A DNA stretch of 64,000 nt from an uncultured bacterium (GCA_963729625.1 CAVSOU010000011.1:544001-608000); one strand, 5' to 3'; counted from the stretch's first letter, positions 38,611 through 49,242 are shown. Program-made: numbers and translations. The notes: a model not told the origin generated them from the sequence alone.

Positions 38611-40927
38611 CTAGCTTCCGGCGCTGTAGTGCCGAGGATCGAGGGCAGGCACGTAGATGTCAAATGGGCTGCCGGCGTCGTTCACACCCGAAAGCTGATA
38701 GACAGGCTCGTAGAAGATACCCGCGGTGCCGTCCACCGGCACATAGACGATCGATACTGCCTTGATCGGGGTACCCACCTTCGGATAGGCACCGGAGGCA
38801 GTGATGAGCGCGCCGCCTCCCTGCACGATGGCGACAGCCTGTTCAAACGGAATCGCCTGGATGGCGGGAGCCAGCGATGTGTCGACCCACTGAATGTCCA
38901 GAGACGTCAGTACACCGAGCGCATTGAAAGAAAACGTCGCGTAGGCGCCGATAACGGGAAGCGGCTCGTTTTCGGTGCACGAGACCACCACGCTCCCATT
39001 TGGCAGAGGTGTCGCGCCGACGCACTGCGGAGTGGCCGAGGGATCCGTCAATTGATGCTTGTTCAAGAAGAGGTTGGCGGACGCAATTGCGTCGAAGCCT
39101 GCCGGCTGTCCCCCCTGAGCAGGTACCGGAGATACGATCGTGAGCTTGAGGTGGTAGCCGAAGCTCTTCGCCAGGTAGTCGGCATAATACGACCGATTGT
39201 CGGCAGTGACGAGCGCCACCAGGTGCGATTGTCCCGACGATCTGATGACCTTGGCGAGCTTGAGGTTGAATGCCGCTAGCGCGTCGAGCGCCGGCGTCGG
39301 GTGCGCCAGAGGTCTGTACACCGCGAGCTCACCTGCGTCAGGCGGTGGCACCGCCGGCATGACGAGCGACACCACCGGCGTGAATGCCTGCGTATGCGCC
39401 AGGATCGAATCCGCGGGTGCATTCTTCGTAGTGACTGCTGGGAATATTTGAGACGGATCCACCCTGGGCGTCGCCGAGCCGCCACTCGAGCCCGCGGGAT
39501 TCACCAGGGTACCGAACGTGCCCGTGGGAGAGGCCATTGCCAGCATCGTGCCGGCACTGGTCGGCGCCGGTTCAGGCGTGTCCGTCACGGTGGCAGCCAG
39601 CGATACAGTGTTGGCCGGCACGGCGGTAGCGGTCGCCTGCGTATCCGAGGGTCGCGCCGTCGGAGTCGCCTTCGGCGCGGTAACCGTCGCCGACGCCCGC
39701 GGAGTGGGACTCATGGTCACGGCGATGGTGCTGGTGGGCCGTACTGCGGTGCTCGTAGGCGGCGTCGTTGGTACGGCCGTGGCAGGCACGGTCGGTGTAG
39801 CGGTGGGTGGCAAAGGAGTAGCTGTATCCGTAGGAGCAGGCGTATCGGTATTCACCGCCGGGACCGGCGTGCTCGTTGGCACCGCTACAGTGCGCGTCGG
39901 TGACGCTGCGATCGCATTGTCGGCGGTAGCTGCGCCTCGTGCCGAGGTAGGCGTGGCCGCGACCTGTGCGTGCTGCACCACCCTGGCAGTGGCGGTGGGC
40001 GCCACACTCACGGTTGCGGTCGGAGTCGGCGGCACGACAATGGTCGCGGTTCGCGTTGGTGGCACGACAATGGTCGCGGTTCGCGTTGGTGGCACGACAA
40101 TGGTCGCGGTTCGCGTTGGTGGCACGACAATGGTCGCGGTTCGCGTTGGTGGCACGACAATGGTTGGAGTCGCGGTCGGTGGCACGATGATGGTCGGAGT
40201 CGCGGTCGGTGGCACGATGATGGTTGGAGTCGCGGTCGGTCGCACGAGTGATGGTTGGAGTCGCGGTCGGCGGCGGAGCGAGGGTTGCGGCGACCTGTGC
40301 ATGCTTGGTCACCACCGTACTTGTCGGCGGCCGTTCGCTCGGCGACGCAGCAGGCATTACCACGCGCGGAGTGGCGATTACGCGGTGGATCGGAACGTGC
40401 GTAGCAGTGCGCTTCGGCGTGGCGGCCACTGGATGCGCGCGCGTGCTCGTAGGTACGACAGGCGAAGCGGTATCGGACGGCTGCGGCGTGTCCGTTGGGA
40501 GCGAGCGCACGCCCTGCGGCGTTGCACCGTGGGGCGTCGCGGAGGGTCCCGCCACCTGCGCCAGCTTCGAACCCGACGTATCGACGTGGGCGCGCAGATC
40601 TGTATACCCGACAACCAGGGCTATGGAGGCTGCGGTGGCCAGCACCGCGGCTATCGCCGCACGGCGAACGCGGCGCCACCGGCCGATCGGCGTCACGGTC
40701 GCAGCCTGCGCGGGGAAGGGCCGCACATTGTCGGCAAACTTCTCAAGCAACTCCGCCTTGAGGCGCGCGCGAAACTCGGGATCGGGCGCGGCGCCCGGAG
40801 CCAGCCGGTCACGAAGCTCGAGCGATAGGCGCAGCAACGGGTCCTGCATCCTGTCTGGCGACGCGTCCGCGTCACCCACCAGGAGACGTTCGAGATCTTC
40901 GTCAAACCGATCCGAGCTATTTGGCAT
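38611..40927 (-). CDS. Putative anti-sigma-like membrane protein with long Thr/Pro-rich extracellular region; split by a 1-nt insertion at about 40248
   Basis: N-terminal PDPEFRARLKAELL plus TM helix directly after the ECF sigma; the IVVPPT repeat continues only in the other frame (ORF 38611-40302); one repeat unit is 31 bp rather than 30. Confidence 0.7.
40031..40271. repeat. 30-bp tandem repeat x8 (coding minisatellite, TIVVPPTRTA / TIIVPPTATP)
   Basis: Four identical GGCACGACAATGGTCGCGGTTCGCGTTGGT units plus four variants; no spacers. Confidence 0.95.
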
Positions 40928-40936
40928 TGCCGCCGG

Positions 40937-41500
40937 CTATTCCTCGGGGGAAACCAGCCGCCGGTGCAAAGAAGCCAGCGCTCGATGCAGCAGAGCTTTG
41001 ACCGCGCCCTCGCTACGCTGCATTATTCGAGCAATCTCCTTGTTTCGCAGGTCCTGGCCAAATCGCAGCAGAATCACTTGCTGTTGTTCGGCCGGAAGCG
41101 CGCGCACCGCAGCCAGCATATCCGATTTCCACTCTAGCGCCGTCACGACTTGCTCGGGCCCGGGGTCCGGCTCCAGAATCTGATCGAGATCGTCGTCAGT
41201 CGTGGTGGCCGGATCGCGCCTGAACTTCGCCGCGATGGCATTGCTCGCGATGCGATACAGCCAAGCTGAGAATGCCACCCCGCGCCACTCGAACCCATGG
41301 ATGTTCTCGAGCGCGCGATGGAAAGTCTCGGACACAATATCTTCAGCCATCGCCCTATCGCCCACTCGATTGAAAGCGTAGCTGTACATCGCATCCACAT
41401 ATCGCTCGTACAGGGCGCCAAAGGCGACCGGGTTCGAACGAGCGGCCTCGACCAGTTTCCGTTCAGCTTCGAGCTGCTGTGGCGACGGTGGCAGACTCAT
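40937..41500 (-). CDS. ECF RNA polymerase sigma factor
   Basis: AFGALYERY, AEDIVSETF, FSAWLYRIA.N, LPAEQQQV..LR, EIA..M.RSEGAVK..LHRA. Confidence 0.95.
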   Translation of the reverse strand: MSLPPSPQQLEAERKLVEAARSNPVAFGALYERYVDAMYSYAFNRVGDRAMAEDIVSETFHRALENIHGFEWRGVAFSAWLYRIASNAIAAKFRRDPATTTDDDLDQILEPDPGPEQVVTALEWKSDMLAAVRALPAEQQQVILLRFGQDLRNKEIARIMQRSEGAVKALLHRALASLHRRLVSPEE

Positions 41501-41825
41501 GCCCTCCGCGCCGGATGCATCGCACACATCCTACTAGTACAACGCACCGGCATCACTTTAGATACGCACCTGGCTCGACGTCTTTCAGCCAAATGATCGA
41601 TCGCTGATCGCACGCAACCTCTACGTGAGTCGAGCGCCGCAACCACTGCATCCGAGGCCCGGTAGAGACACCTGTGTCCGGCATATCCACGCACGACTGC
41701 TCAGGCAAGCCAACGACAGATCCACTCTTGCTTTGACTGGCTCTTCAGGCCCGCGGTATGCTACAAGCCGTTACACTGACCAATGCGGGACGAGCATCCC
41801 CGACTCGGAAGGAACAGAAGTCAGC

Positions 41826-42233
41826 ATGCGAACCGTGGTCACCGTCCTGCTGAGTGGGTTGTTTGCCTACGGCCTTGCGCTCTGGTTCAGCCTGGTGATC
41901 TGGACGTTCAACGACGTGAGGGCACGGTCTCAAAACATTGTCACGCAACTCGTGGGCACCACGATCGTGCTCATGTTCAACGTGTTCGGGCTCCTCCTAT
42001 ATTACATTATTCGCCCCAAGCAAACGCTTGCGGAAGCGTATGAAAAGTCACTGGAGGAGGAAACTCTTCTCCAGGAGATCGAGAACCGGCATCTCTGCCC
42101 CACCTGCAGCCAGCGCATCGAAGACGACTATATGATCTGTCCGACCTGCTTCACAAAGCTGCGCAACCAGTGTCACTTCTGCAGCCATCTGCTCGCGCCT
42201 GAATGGAGCCTCTGTCCGTTCTGCGGCCGGTAG
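41826..42233 (+). CDS. Membrane protein with double zinc ribbon (DZR)
   Basis: Two TMs, YYIIRP..TL, four CxxC pairs; ATG 41826. Confidence 0.85.
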   Translation: MRTVVTVLLSGLFAYGLALWFSLVIWTFNDVRARSQNIVTQLVGTTIVLMFNVFGLLLYYIIRPKQTLAEAYEKSLEEETLLQEIENRHLCPTCSQRIEDDYMICPTCFTKLRNQCHFCSHLLAPEWSLCPFCGR

Positions 42234-42250
42234 TCCGGTAGGACTGTACG

Positions 42251-42945
42251 ATGGCTGAATATCGCCTGACGGTTCGCGAGTGGCCGGCTAGCGAACAGCC
42301 ACGTGAGAAGCTGCAGCTGTACGGCCCCGGCGCCCTTTCCAATGCAGAGCTGATTGCGATTCTGCTCCGCGTGGGCAGCACGCGGGAAGACGTGGTGGCG
42401 CTATCGCAGCGTTTGCTCGTACAGTATGGCGGTCTCGCGGGTCTGCACAGGGCAACCGTGATCACGCTGACCGACGAGCACGGCATGGGCCTGGCAAAGA
42501 CGTGCGCGCTGAAAGCGGCCCTCGAGCTTGGCCGTCGCCTGCTGCTGGATCCCGGTCAGGAGCGCATGCGCATCGCCTCTCCCGACGACGTGGCCCAGCT
42601 GTTGATGATGGAGATGCATGGCCTCGAGCAGGAGTGCATGCGCACCGTGCTCTTGAACACCAAGAACATGGTGCTCGGTGCGCCGACGATCTATCAGGGA
42701 TCGATGAACAGCACGTCATTTCGGGTGGGCGAGCTATTCAGGGAAGCCATCCGCCAGAACGCCGCTTCCATGATTCTCGTGCACAACCACCCCAGCGGCG
42801 ATCCCACACCAAGCCCCGAGGACATCCAGGTCACTCGCGTCGTGGTCGAGGCGGGCAAGATGCTCGACGTCGAGGTGCTCGACCACCTGGTGATCGGCAA
42901 CGGCAAGTACGTCAGCCTCAAGGAGCGCTGCTGGGCTTCGTGTGA
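42251..42945 (+). CDS. radC: RadC / JAB-domain protein (UPF0758); apparent 1-nt deletion in the last codons
   Basis: PREKL...G..ALSNAELIAILLR.G, HNHPSGDPTPSPED, VLDHLVIG. The expected end SLKER-LLGF* is reached only after a frameshift near 42926; the uncorrected frame runs to 43315. Confidence 0.88.
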
Positions 42946-43059
42946 GCCCGTTCTCGAGCGGAACTACTCGAAAGCGCTTGCGGTACCCGCGCCAGGCGCG
43001 ATAGGCTGCCGTCGGCCTAGCCGAGCGGGACAAGCGGCTGAGCTGGTAGAAGATTTCAG

Positions 43060-43590
43060 CCCTGCACCACGCCGGCTCTGCAGGTTGGTGCCAACGCCTG
43101 GCCAGTGCCCGGCCCGCGCCATGAGGTACAACTCTGCGAGCACATGGCGGCGCTCAGGCTCGTGGCGCACGGCGGACTCGCGGAGTTCCGCCTGGCTCCG
43201 GCGCGAATGTGCGCGCCTGTACCTGACAGTGGCGCCGCTCGATCACGCGGCGCTGGCAGAGCCGCTCTACGTCGGCATCCACGCCCTGGCGTCGGGGACG
43301 CCCGGCGCCCGTTGAGACCGTAGCCGTGGTGGGCGCCGGTACGGTGGGTCTTTGCACGCTCCAGGCAGCGCTGCACGCCGGTGCTCGCCGCGTCGTGGCG
43401 ATCGAACCGGAGCCGCAACGGCGTCGCCTGGCGCTATCGCTCGGCGCGTCGGCCGCCCAAGACCCGATCATCGCCTGATTCCTGCATGATGCGTCGCGAA
43501 ACGGTCTGGCATGCTGCAGGCTGCGGCACCTTTGACCAGTGGGGCGCTTCCGAGCAGGCCCTCGACCTGCTATGTTCGTACTTGCCAGGG
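43060..43590 (+). pseudogene. Decayed Zn-dependent (MDR) alcohol/polyol dehydrogenase fragment
   Basis: GQCPA...RYN, LCEHMAAL..VAHGGLAEF, AALAEPL.VGIHAL, VAVVGAGTVGLCTLQAA..AGARRVVAIE spread over different frames with stops. Confidence 0.75.
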
Positions 43591-43634
43591 AACCGTCGGA
43601 TTGCAGCGCTATAGAATGAGGTGAAAGCAGCGCG

Positions 43635-43856
43635 ATGCCTCGCAAAGTGCGACAGCTCAAGGCGGAACTCCGGCTGGCAGGCGCGAGCATCGTGCGACAA
43701 CGTGGTTCCCATTCGACCTGGCAGCACCCAGGAATCCCCGGGGTCTTGGTCGAATTGGCCGGGAACGATGGCGACGACGCCCGGTCCTATCAGGAGCGTG
43801 ATGTGCGCGAAGCGCTGGCGAGGATCGCCGCAGCGTCCAAAGAGGAGGAGTCGTGA
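43635..43856 (+). CDS. hicA: HicA family toxin
   Basis: RQRGSH...HP motif; 73 aa; GTGA overlap with hicB. Confidence 0.88.
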   Translation: MPRKVRQLKAELRLAGASIVRQRGSHSTWQHPGIPGVLVELAGNDGDDARSYQERDVREALARIAAASKEEES

Positions 43857-44089
43857 ACGCGCAGTCCCAGTACTCCATGGTCATTCAATGGTCTGCCCAG
43901 GATGAGGCCTATGTCGTCAGCTTTCCTGAATGGGAGGCTGCTGGACACATCGCCCACACCCACGGCACCACCTACGAGGAAGCCGTGGGCCGCGGCCGCG
44001 AGGCGCTTGAGTTGCTGATCGAGAGCGCAGCTGATGCCGGTGCTCAGCTACCCCCGCCACGTACGTTCGCGGCCGACAGGGCCGTATAA
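43853..44089 (+). CDS. hicB: HicB family antitoxin (short form, no DNA-binding domain)
   Basis: YSMVIQWS..DEAYVVSFPE, THG.TYEEA....EALE, LP.P. Confidence 0.9.
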   Translation: MNAQSQYSMVIQWSAQDEAYVVSFPEWEAAGHIAHTHGTTYEEAVGRGREALELLIESAADAGAQLPPPRTFAADRAV

Positions 44090-44183
44090 TAACCCGAGAT
44101 CAGCCCGGCGTCTGTGGCTCCCAAACCAGGCGCGACGCTGCGGCGCCCCTGCCGGCTGACAGCCAGACCAAGAGCCTCCGGCA

Positions 44184-44636
44184 TCAGATGGGTACGGTCA
44201 GCCTTGCCGTCCCACTGAAATGCCTGCCCGCGACCACGAAATCCATCGCTGCGTTGTACGTGCCAATCATGGTCAGGCGGACCGGTCCCGTGTAGTCGGC
44301 TCCGTGAGACGTCAGCCTGGCGCGCACAGGCGCCATGAGCATGCCCGGCATCGACACCGAGACGTCGATCTGGCGGACGCCGGCGAACAACGAAGATACG
44401 CTAGCTGCCGGGCTCAGTCGAAGGGTGTTCAACCCAGGCAAGCTCGGGCTGAGCGTCCCGCGCAGGCTCACAGCGTGCGCCGCTTCCGCTGCCAGCGTTG
44501 CTGTAACTGCAAGCGTCTGAGGTCGAAGAATGAATCGGGGATCGATCGTCGGAGTGGCGCCGGCCTGCTGCCGGGCAGTGCTCTGGGCGCTTGACTGGGA
44601 AGACACGGCGACGAATCCGGCGATGCCGAGGCACAA
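44184..44636 (-). CDS. Exported YtkA/CopD-C-terminal-like protein; N-terminus probably lies upstream in another frame
   Basis: LSP..PG.N, SMPGM, YTG...LTM.GTY; hydrophobic segment PLIIGGVMLL/CLGIAGF is split by a 1-nt shift near 44635. Confidence 0.6.
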   Translation of the reverse strand: MCLGIAGFVAVSSQSSAQSTARQQAGATPTIDPRFILRPQTLAVTATLAAEAAHAVSLRGTLSPSLPGLNTLRLSPAASVSSLFAGVRQIDVSVSMPGMLMAPVRARLTSHGADYTGPVRLTMIGTYNAAMDFVVAGRHFSGTARLTVPI

Positions 44637-44886
44637 GCAACATCACGCCCCCGATGATCAGCGGCCTCAGCCGGCGTGGCGTTAAGCGACGGGAAGGGAC
44701 ACGAGAACGTCGACGCTTGGACACTGAAATCCAGACCCCCATCGGAGCAAGTGGATCGCACCGAAGTAAAGGTTCGCGCGGGCGGACAATCCGGACTGCC
44801 TGCTCCTGGCCGTCATACGATCGCACGTACGCGTCCAGCCCTTCGCCGCACGCGCGATGACCGAGTGCGCCAACAGGCTGAGCGGC

Positions 44887-44927
44887 CGAAGGGGGGCATC
44901 ACGGAGTCGACGGGATGCCCCCCTTCG
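44887..44927 (-). terminator. Strong hairpin after the cupredoxin gene
   Basis: CGAAGGGGGGCATC ... GATGCCCCCCTTCG 14-bp stem; no clear U-tract. Confidence 0.55.
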
Positions 44928-44956
44928 CCTTCAGGCGCGCGCGGACACGGAAGGGC

Positions 44957-45931
44957 CTACTGCACGACGGTCACCGTGCCGTCCATGTCAGGATGCATCA
45001 GGCAGTCGTAGGCGAACGTGCCGGCCGCGGTGAACGTCAGCTTGAATGACGGAGGAGCCTTGGAGTTCGGAGGCGCCTCGAAGACCAGGACGCCGGAGTT
45101 GACGAAACCCGTGCCGTCGTAGGTTGGGCCGCCGGCAGGAGTGGTGATTTTGGGGTTCAACATGAGCTTCGGCGGTCCGTTGGGCTGTGGCACCGGCACG
45201 ACCAGATTCTTCTCGATCTGGGTGAGCATGGAGTCGGGACCGAAGGTGACGGTGTGGATAATGCCGATCCACTCCACCGTGTCGCCCACGTGAATGGTGA
45301 GGTGACGGGGATAGAACTGGTCCTCCATCGTCGTATTGGCCTGGTCGTTCCCGGCCAGTTGCCCGTCACCGGCCTGTACGATCCAGGTCTTGCCCATCGG
45401 AGCCGCGGCAGGGTGCACGACGACCGTGCCGTTCATGGCCGGGCCGTGCACGAGGCAGATGTATTGGAAGTTGCCGGCCTTGGTGAAAGTCAGCTTCCAG
45501 GTCTGGCCCGGCTTCGCCATGAATCCCGAATTCGCCAGGCCCGTTCCGTCGTAGGTGTGACCGGCAGTCGGCATCGCAGCTTGTGAGCTGACCTGGATGA
45601 GCGGCGGACCGTTCTTCTGCATGACCGGCACCAGGAAGTCCTGGTTCAGCTTCTTGAGCTCGGCCATCGGTCCGAAGGAGACGGTATGTGGCTCGAGCGA
45701 GTCGTTCATCTTGAAGACCACGGTGTCGCCAACGGTGATGTCGATGTACTTGGGGGAGAAGCCGAGCCACGAGCCGCTGGAGACTCCGGCCTGGCCTGAA
45801 CCCACGAGTACGGTCACCGTCGCCGGCTTCGCGCCGGTCATGGCCTGGGCATGTGACCCGGTCACAGCGTGGAATGGGGCAATACCGGCCAGTATCAGGC
45901 CGGTGACGGCAAGCGCCATTATGCGTTTCAC
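44957..45931 (-). CDS. Secreted two-domain cupredoxin (plastocyanin/azurin family)
   Basis: Signal peptide; two type-1 Cu sites: PHTV...YICLVHGPAM and IHTV...YDCLMHPDM. Confidence 0.9.
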   Translation of the reverse strand: MKRIMALAVTGLILAGIAPFHAVTGSHAQAMTGAKPATVTVLVGSGQAGVSSGSWLGFSPKYIDITVGDTVVFKMNDSLEPHTVSFGPMAELKKLNQDFLVPVMQKNGPPLIQVSSQAAMPTAGHTYDGTGLANSGFMAKPGQTWKLTFTKAGNFQYICLVHGPAMNGTVVVHPAAAPMGKTWIVQAGDGQLAGNDQANTTMEDQFYPRHLTIHVGDTVEWIGIIHTVTFGPDSMLTQIEKNLVVPVPQPNGPPKLMLNPKITTPAGGPTYDGTGFVNSGVLVFEAPPNSKAPPSFKLTFTAAGTFAYDCLMHPDMDGTVTVVQ

Positions 45932-46464
45932 TGCGAGCGCACTCCTTACTACTCACATTGTTCGACGATCGAGCATGACGATAAGAAGGCCGCCAAGGCG
46001 GCCGCCCTGCTTCTTCGGGGCACTGCGGCAACCGGCTAGACGACCTTCATGACCCCTGTGTTGCTGAGATTCCTGGATGTTGCGCCGATGACTCCCACCT
46101 CCTCCTGGCTAGTGTCAGACCGTTGAGCCCGCAGGCCTCTAATTCAGTGTAGGCAGCCAAATTCTAAGAAACAAGATTTAGCTGTTTATTATTTGGTATC
46201 GATGCAATTGGGGCTTGCACAGCGGACTGGACAGGGGGAATCCCGCCGCTTTCAGGGCTGAACCTGTCACGCGGCCTGTGTCAGTCTGGTTGATCGCGCC
46301 ATACTCCGGACTGCCCAGGACAGTGATCCGCTCCCAATATGCGCGCCGGCATGCGCGCGGACCTGCCTGGATGGGGTCTTCCAAATGAGCGCGTTGACAC
46401 GATCCGCGCCACAGGTATCACGAGCCCATCGGCTACGACGCCGGCCCTTTCCAGAGCCTGCGCT

Positions 46465-47202
46465 TCAGACGGCGCCGGCTATGACCTGGCGGTCATGAGT
46501 CGCGACGATGCGCTGGCCCGGCTGTACGACGAGGAAGTCGTCGTCCCAGTCACCTGCCAACAGCCGGCGGACGAGCGTCATGTTCCCCACAAGCTGCTCA
46601 AAGCGCCAGCCGTATTTGGCGGCATCCTCCTGAGCCTGAGCGCGATAGCGGCCGTCTGTCTCGGATCCTGTCTCGATGTACGCTGCTCGCTGGTAGTGCT
46701 GTTGCCACCCGCCCATCACTTCCAGCAGATACTGCGCATTGTCCTCGCCGTACTTGGCCACCAGCGCCTCGTAATCGTCCTCAATACCCGTGCCCACACC
46801 CATGCTGATGCGTCTGCCCTTCGCGCTGCTGACGCTCTGGCGTTCGAGGTAGTCGTCCGAGTAGTAATACGTGCCCGGCGTCGCCGAGAACTCGGCGTTG
46901 TAGCGGTCCCGCGAGCCCAGGTAAATGGTGATGCAATCGTGCGCGCGCGGTATCGCGATGGGAATGTCCCGTGCCTGCAGACCTTCCAGGGATCGGTTGC
47001 ATAACCCGAAGGCCAGCACGATGGCCTGGTATGCAGCTGCGTCGACGGCGTCGATCTGGCGCTGCAATTCCGTCCTGAGCACGCGCGCATTGTCATGCAG
47101 GCCCTGGTCGACCAGTTCCACGTCGACTATGTGCGGTGAGCTCGCGGCCTGCAGGTACACCAGGCGCGCAAATACACTGCAGGATAGTACCTTGATACGC
47201 AC
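46465..47202 (-). CDS. DUF1638 domain protein (corrinoid-system associated)
   Basis: LSC.VF.R, GLH....LR..LQ..ID, FGLC, PRAHDCI..YLGS, PGTYY. Confidence 0.85.
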   Translation of the reverse strand: MRIKVLSCSVFARLVYLQAASSPHIVDVELVDQGLHDNARVLRTELQRQIDAVDAAAYQAIVLAFGLCNRSLEGLQARDIPIAIPRAHDCITIYLGSRDRYNAEFSATPGTYYYSDDYLERQSVSSAKGRRISMGVGTGIEDDYEALVAKYGEDNAQYLLEVMGGWQQHYQRAAYIETGSETDGRYRAQAQEDAAKYGWRFEQLVGNMTLVRRLLAGDWDDDFLVVQPGQRIVATHDRQVIAGAV

Positions 47203-47316
47203 GGATCATGTCCCCCATTCATCGGCATGCAGCATGGATGATATGTACCGGTAAGAGCAGCCAATTCTACTTCCCGCGGGGAAGTCTCGCCCAAGTCGCT
47301 TGGAGACCTCGACACG

Positions 47317-49170
47317 TCAGTCCTCTCCAGCATGCTCGAAACTCAGGGCTCGCACAAACGCGTCGACGAACTGCGCGTGTGCCGTGAGCTCCACATAGTG
47401 CACTGTTCGGGCCAGGTCTCGTGCTGTCGCTCGCCGCTCCCTCGACAGCAGCAAATGCTGCGCTCCCTGGCCCGCCGCGTTACCCACCTGACGAAACCGC
47501 TCACGCGGCAGGGCCGGCAGCATGCCGACTCGCATGGCGCTGTCCAGATCGAGGTACGTACCAAAGGCGCCGGCCACGATCACGTCCTGCAGCGCCTCGG
47601 AACGTATGTGAGCCGCGTCGAGGAGCAGCTCGGTGCCTGCCCGAATCGCGCCCTTGGCCAGTTGAATCTCGTTCACGTCGGACCGCGTGAGTATGAGATC
47701 GCGATCGTGCCCGGTTCGCGCCGCGGGGACGAGAAGGCAGAAGAACCCGGCCGCTCCTCGGTGCACCAGCGGATGGCTCTTGCTCAACGCGCCGCGAGCA
47801 TCGATGATTCCGGCGTTCAGTCCTTCCGCCACGGCATCCAGAATGCCTGATCCACAGATGCCGACCGGTGGCAGGCCGCCGATGGTGTGCACGAGGAATC
47901 CGCCGTTCTGAAACCGCACGCGCTCGATTGCTCCGGGGACGGCCCGCATCCCGTCGCGAATGTGGGCGCCCTCGAATGCGGGGCCTGAGGCGGTGGAGCA
48001 GCTCCAAAGCCGCCCATCGTGGGCAAGGGTGATCTCCGTGTTGGTGCCGATATCGAGCAGAAGCTTCGTGCGAACGCCTTTGCCGATATCGCTAGCCAGC
48101 AAGGCTGACACATGGTCCGCCCCCACATAACCTGCGATGTTGGGCGGCAGGTACAGCGTGGCGCCAGCCGCCAGCTGAAGCCCCACATCCGAAGCGTGTA
48201 TGTCCAGCGCCGCGGTCACCGTCGCAATGTAGGGCGCCTCGCCCAGCGGTCGCACCGGCAGTCCCACGAAGAGATGGTGCATGGCGGTATTGCCAACCAC
48301 CACCGCGTCGACAATGCTCGCGCGGTCGGCGCCAATCTGGGCGCAGAGCTCCTCGACCAGCTTGTTCACGGTATCGACGATACGCTCGTGCAGCACGCCG
48401 GCAGCGGCAGCCGAGGTGTTCGCATGGGTGATACGGCTGACGACGTCTTCGCCGTATGCGATCTGCGGGTTCATCGCTCCGGCACGGGCCACCGTTTGCC
48501 CCGTGGCGAGATCCACGAGATAACCCGCGACTTTGGTCGTGCCAACATCCACTGCGAGGCCCAGCAATCGTGCCTCGATCGGCAGCACTGCCACGATCTC
48601 GTTTGGCGCACTGGCCCGGTGAACCGCTAGCCGAGCAGACCACTGCTGAGCACGGAGAACGTGCGAACCCTCTTGCAGCGCCGACAAGCTCAGACGCACG
48701 TCCCGCACGCCCGCGGCCTGGACCGCGTCGGCCAGACGCGTGCCATCTGCCCGCAGGTCGTCGAGCGCAGGCTGGGCCAGGACCACGTCAATCCCAAACA
48801 CCGGGGGGTCAAGAGCGACTCCGTCCGACTGCCCCTCGACCTGGAGACGCTGCGTGGTCGACAGTGAGTCGGGTGGAATCTCGATACGCACATCGCTCAA
48901 CACAGCGGCCTGGCAAGCCAGGCGCAAACCAGATCGTATCTCCGGATCGGTGAATAGGTCTTCCTCTATGGGAGTCGGGTCGGACAACATGCCATCGACA
49001 TGGCGGACTCTGCAGGTGCCGCACGTGCCCTGGCCACCGCAGACAGCCACCAACTCCACACCCGAGGCCTGTGCAGCCGCGAGAATGGTGGTCTCCCTGG
49101 GCACGCGCGCTCTACGGCCTACAGGCTGCAGATCCACGCTCACAAAGTCCGTGCCGGCGGGATCAGCCAT
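47317..49170 (-). CDS. ASKHA-type reductive activator of corrinoid proteins (RACo/RamA-like, DUF4445) with N-terminal 2Fe-2S
   Basis: CGGQGTCGTC...RLACQ; DVGTT, NPQ..YGEDVVSRI, DIGTNTE, GPAFEG, GICGSG, AGAFG, GNAA. Confidence 0.93.
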   Translation of the reverse strand: MADPAGTDFVSVDLQPVGRRARVPRETTILAAAQASGVELVAVCGGQGTCGTCRVRHVDGMLSDPTPIEEDLFTDPEIRSGLRLACQAAVLSDVRIEIPPDSLSTTQRLQVEGQSDGVALDPPVFGIDVVLAQPALDDLRADGTRLADAVQAAGVRDVRLSLSALQEGSHVLRAQQWSARLAVHRASAPNEIVAVLPIEARLLGLAVDVGTTKVAGYLVDLATGQTVARAGAMNPQIAYGEDVVSRITHANTSAAAAGVLHERIVDTVNKLVEELCAQIGADRASIVDAVVVGNTAMHHLFVGLPVRPLGEAPYIATVTAALDIHASDVGLQLAAGATLYLPPNIAGYVGADHVSALLASDIGKGVRTKLLLDIGTNTEITLAHDGRLWSCSTASGPAFEGAHIRDGMRAVPGAIERVRFQNGGFLVHTIGGLPPVGICGSGILDAVAEGLNAGIIDARGALSKSHPLVHRGAAGFFCLLVPAARTGHDRDLILTRSDVNEIQLAKGAIRAGTELLLDAAHIRSEALQDVIVAGAFGTYLDLDSAMRVGMLPALPRERFRQVGNAAGQGAQHLLLSRERRATARDLARTVHYVELTAHAQFVDAFVRALSFEHAGED

Positions 49171-49242
49171 CACGTGCCATCCACCGGCTCACCGCTCAGC
49201 CGGGGCGTCACGCGTTCGAGCGAACTCATCAGTGCCTCCGTG

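Noticed and set aside
40031-40271. Possible CRISPR array
   Set aside because: Units are contiguous 30-mers with no unique spacers, encode a Thr/Pro linker, and no cas genes are present.
42946-43315. Genuine C-terminal extension of RadC
   Set aside because: The extension is read-through into dehydrogenase pseudogene sequence caused by a 1-nt shift.
37382-44089. tRNA-Leu-integrated genomic island
   Set aside because: No integrase, no duplicated tRNA 3' end seen, and downstream genes look like core chromosome.
46236-46262. IS200/IS605-type end (GGAATCCCGCCGCTTTCAGGGC)
   Set aside because: Only a loose resemblance, an imperfect hairpin, and no tnpA/tnpB remnant nearby.
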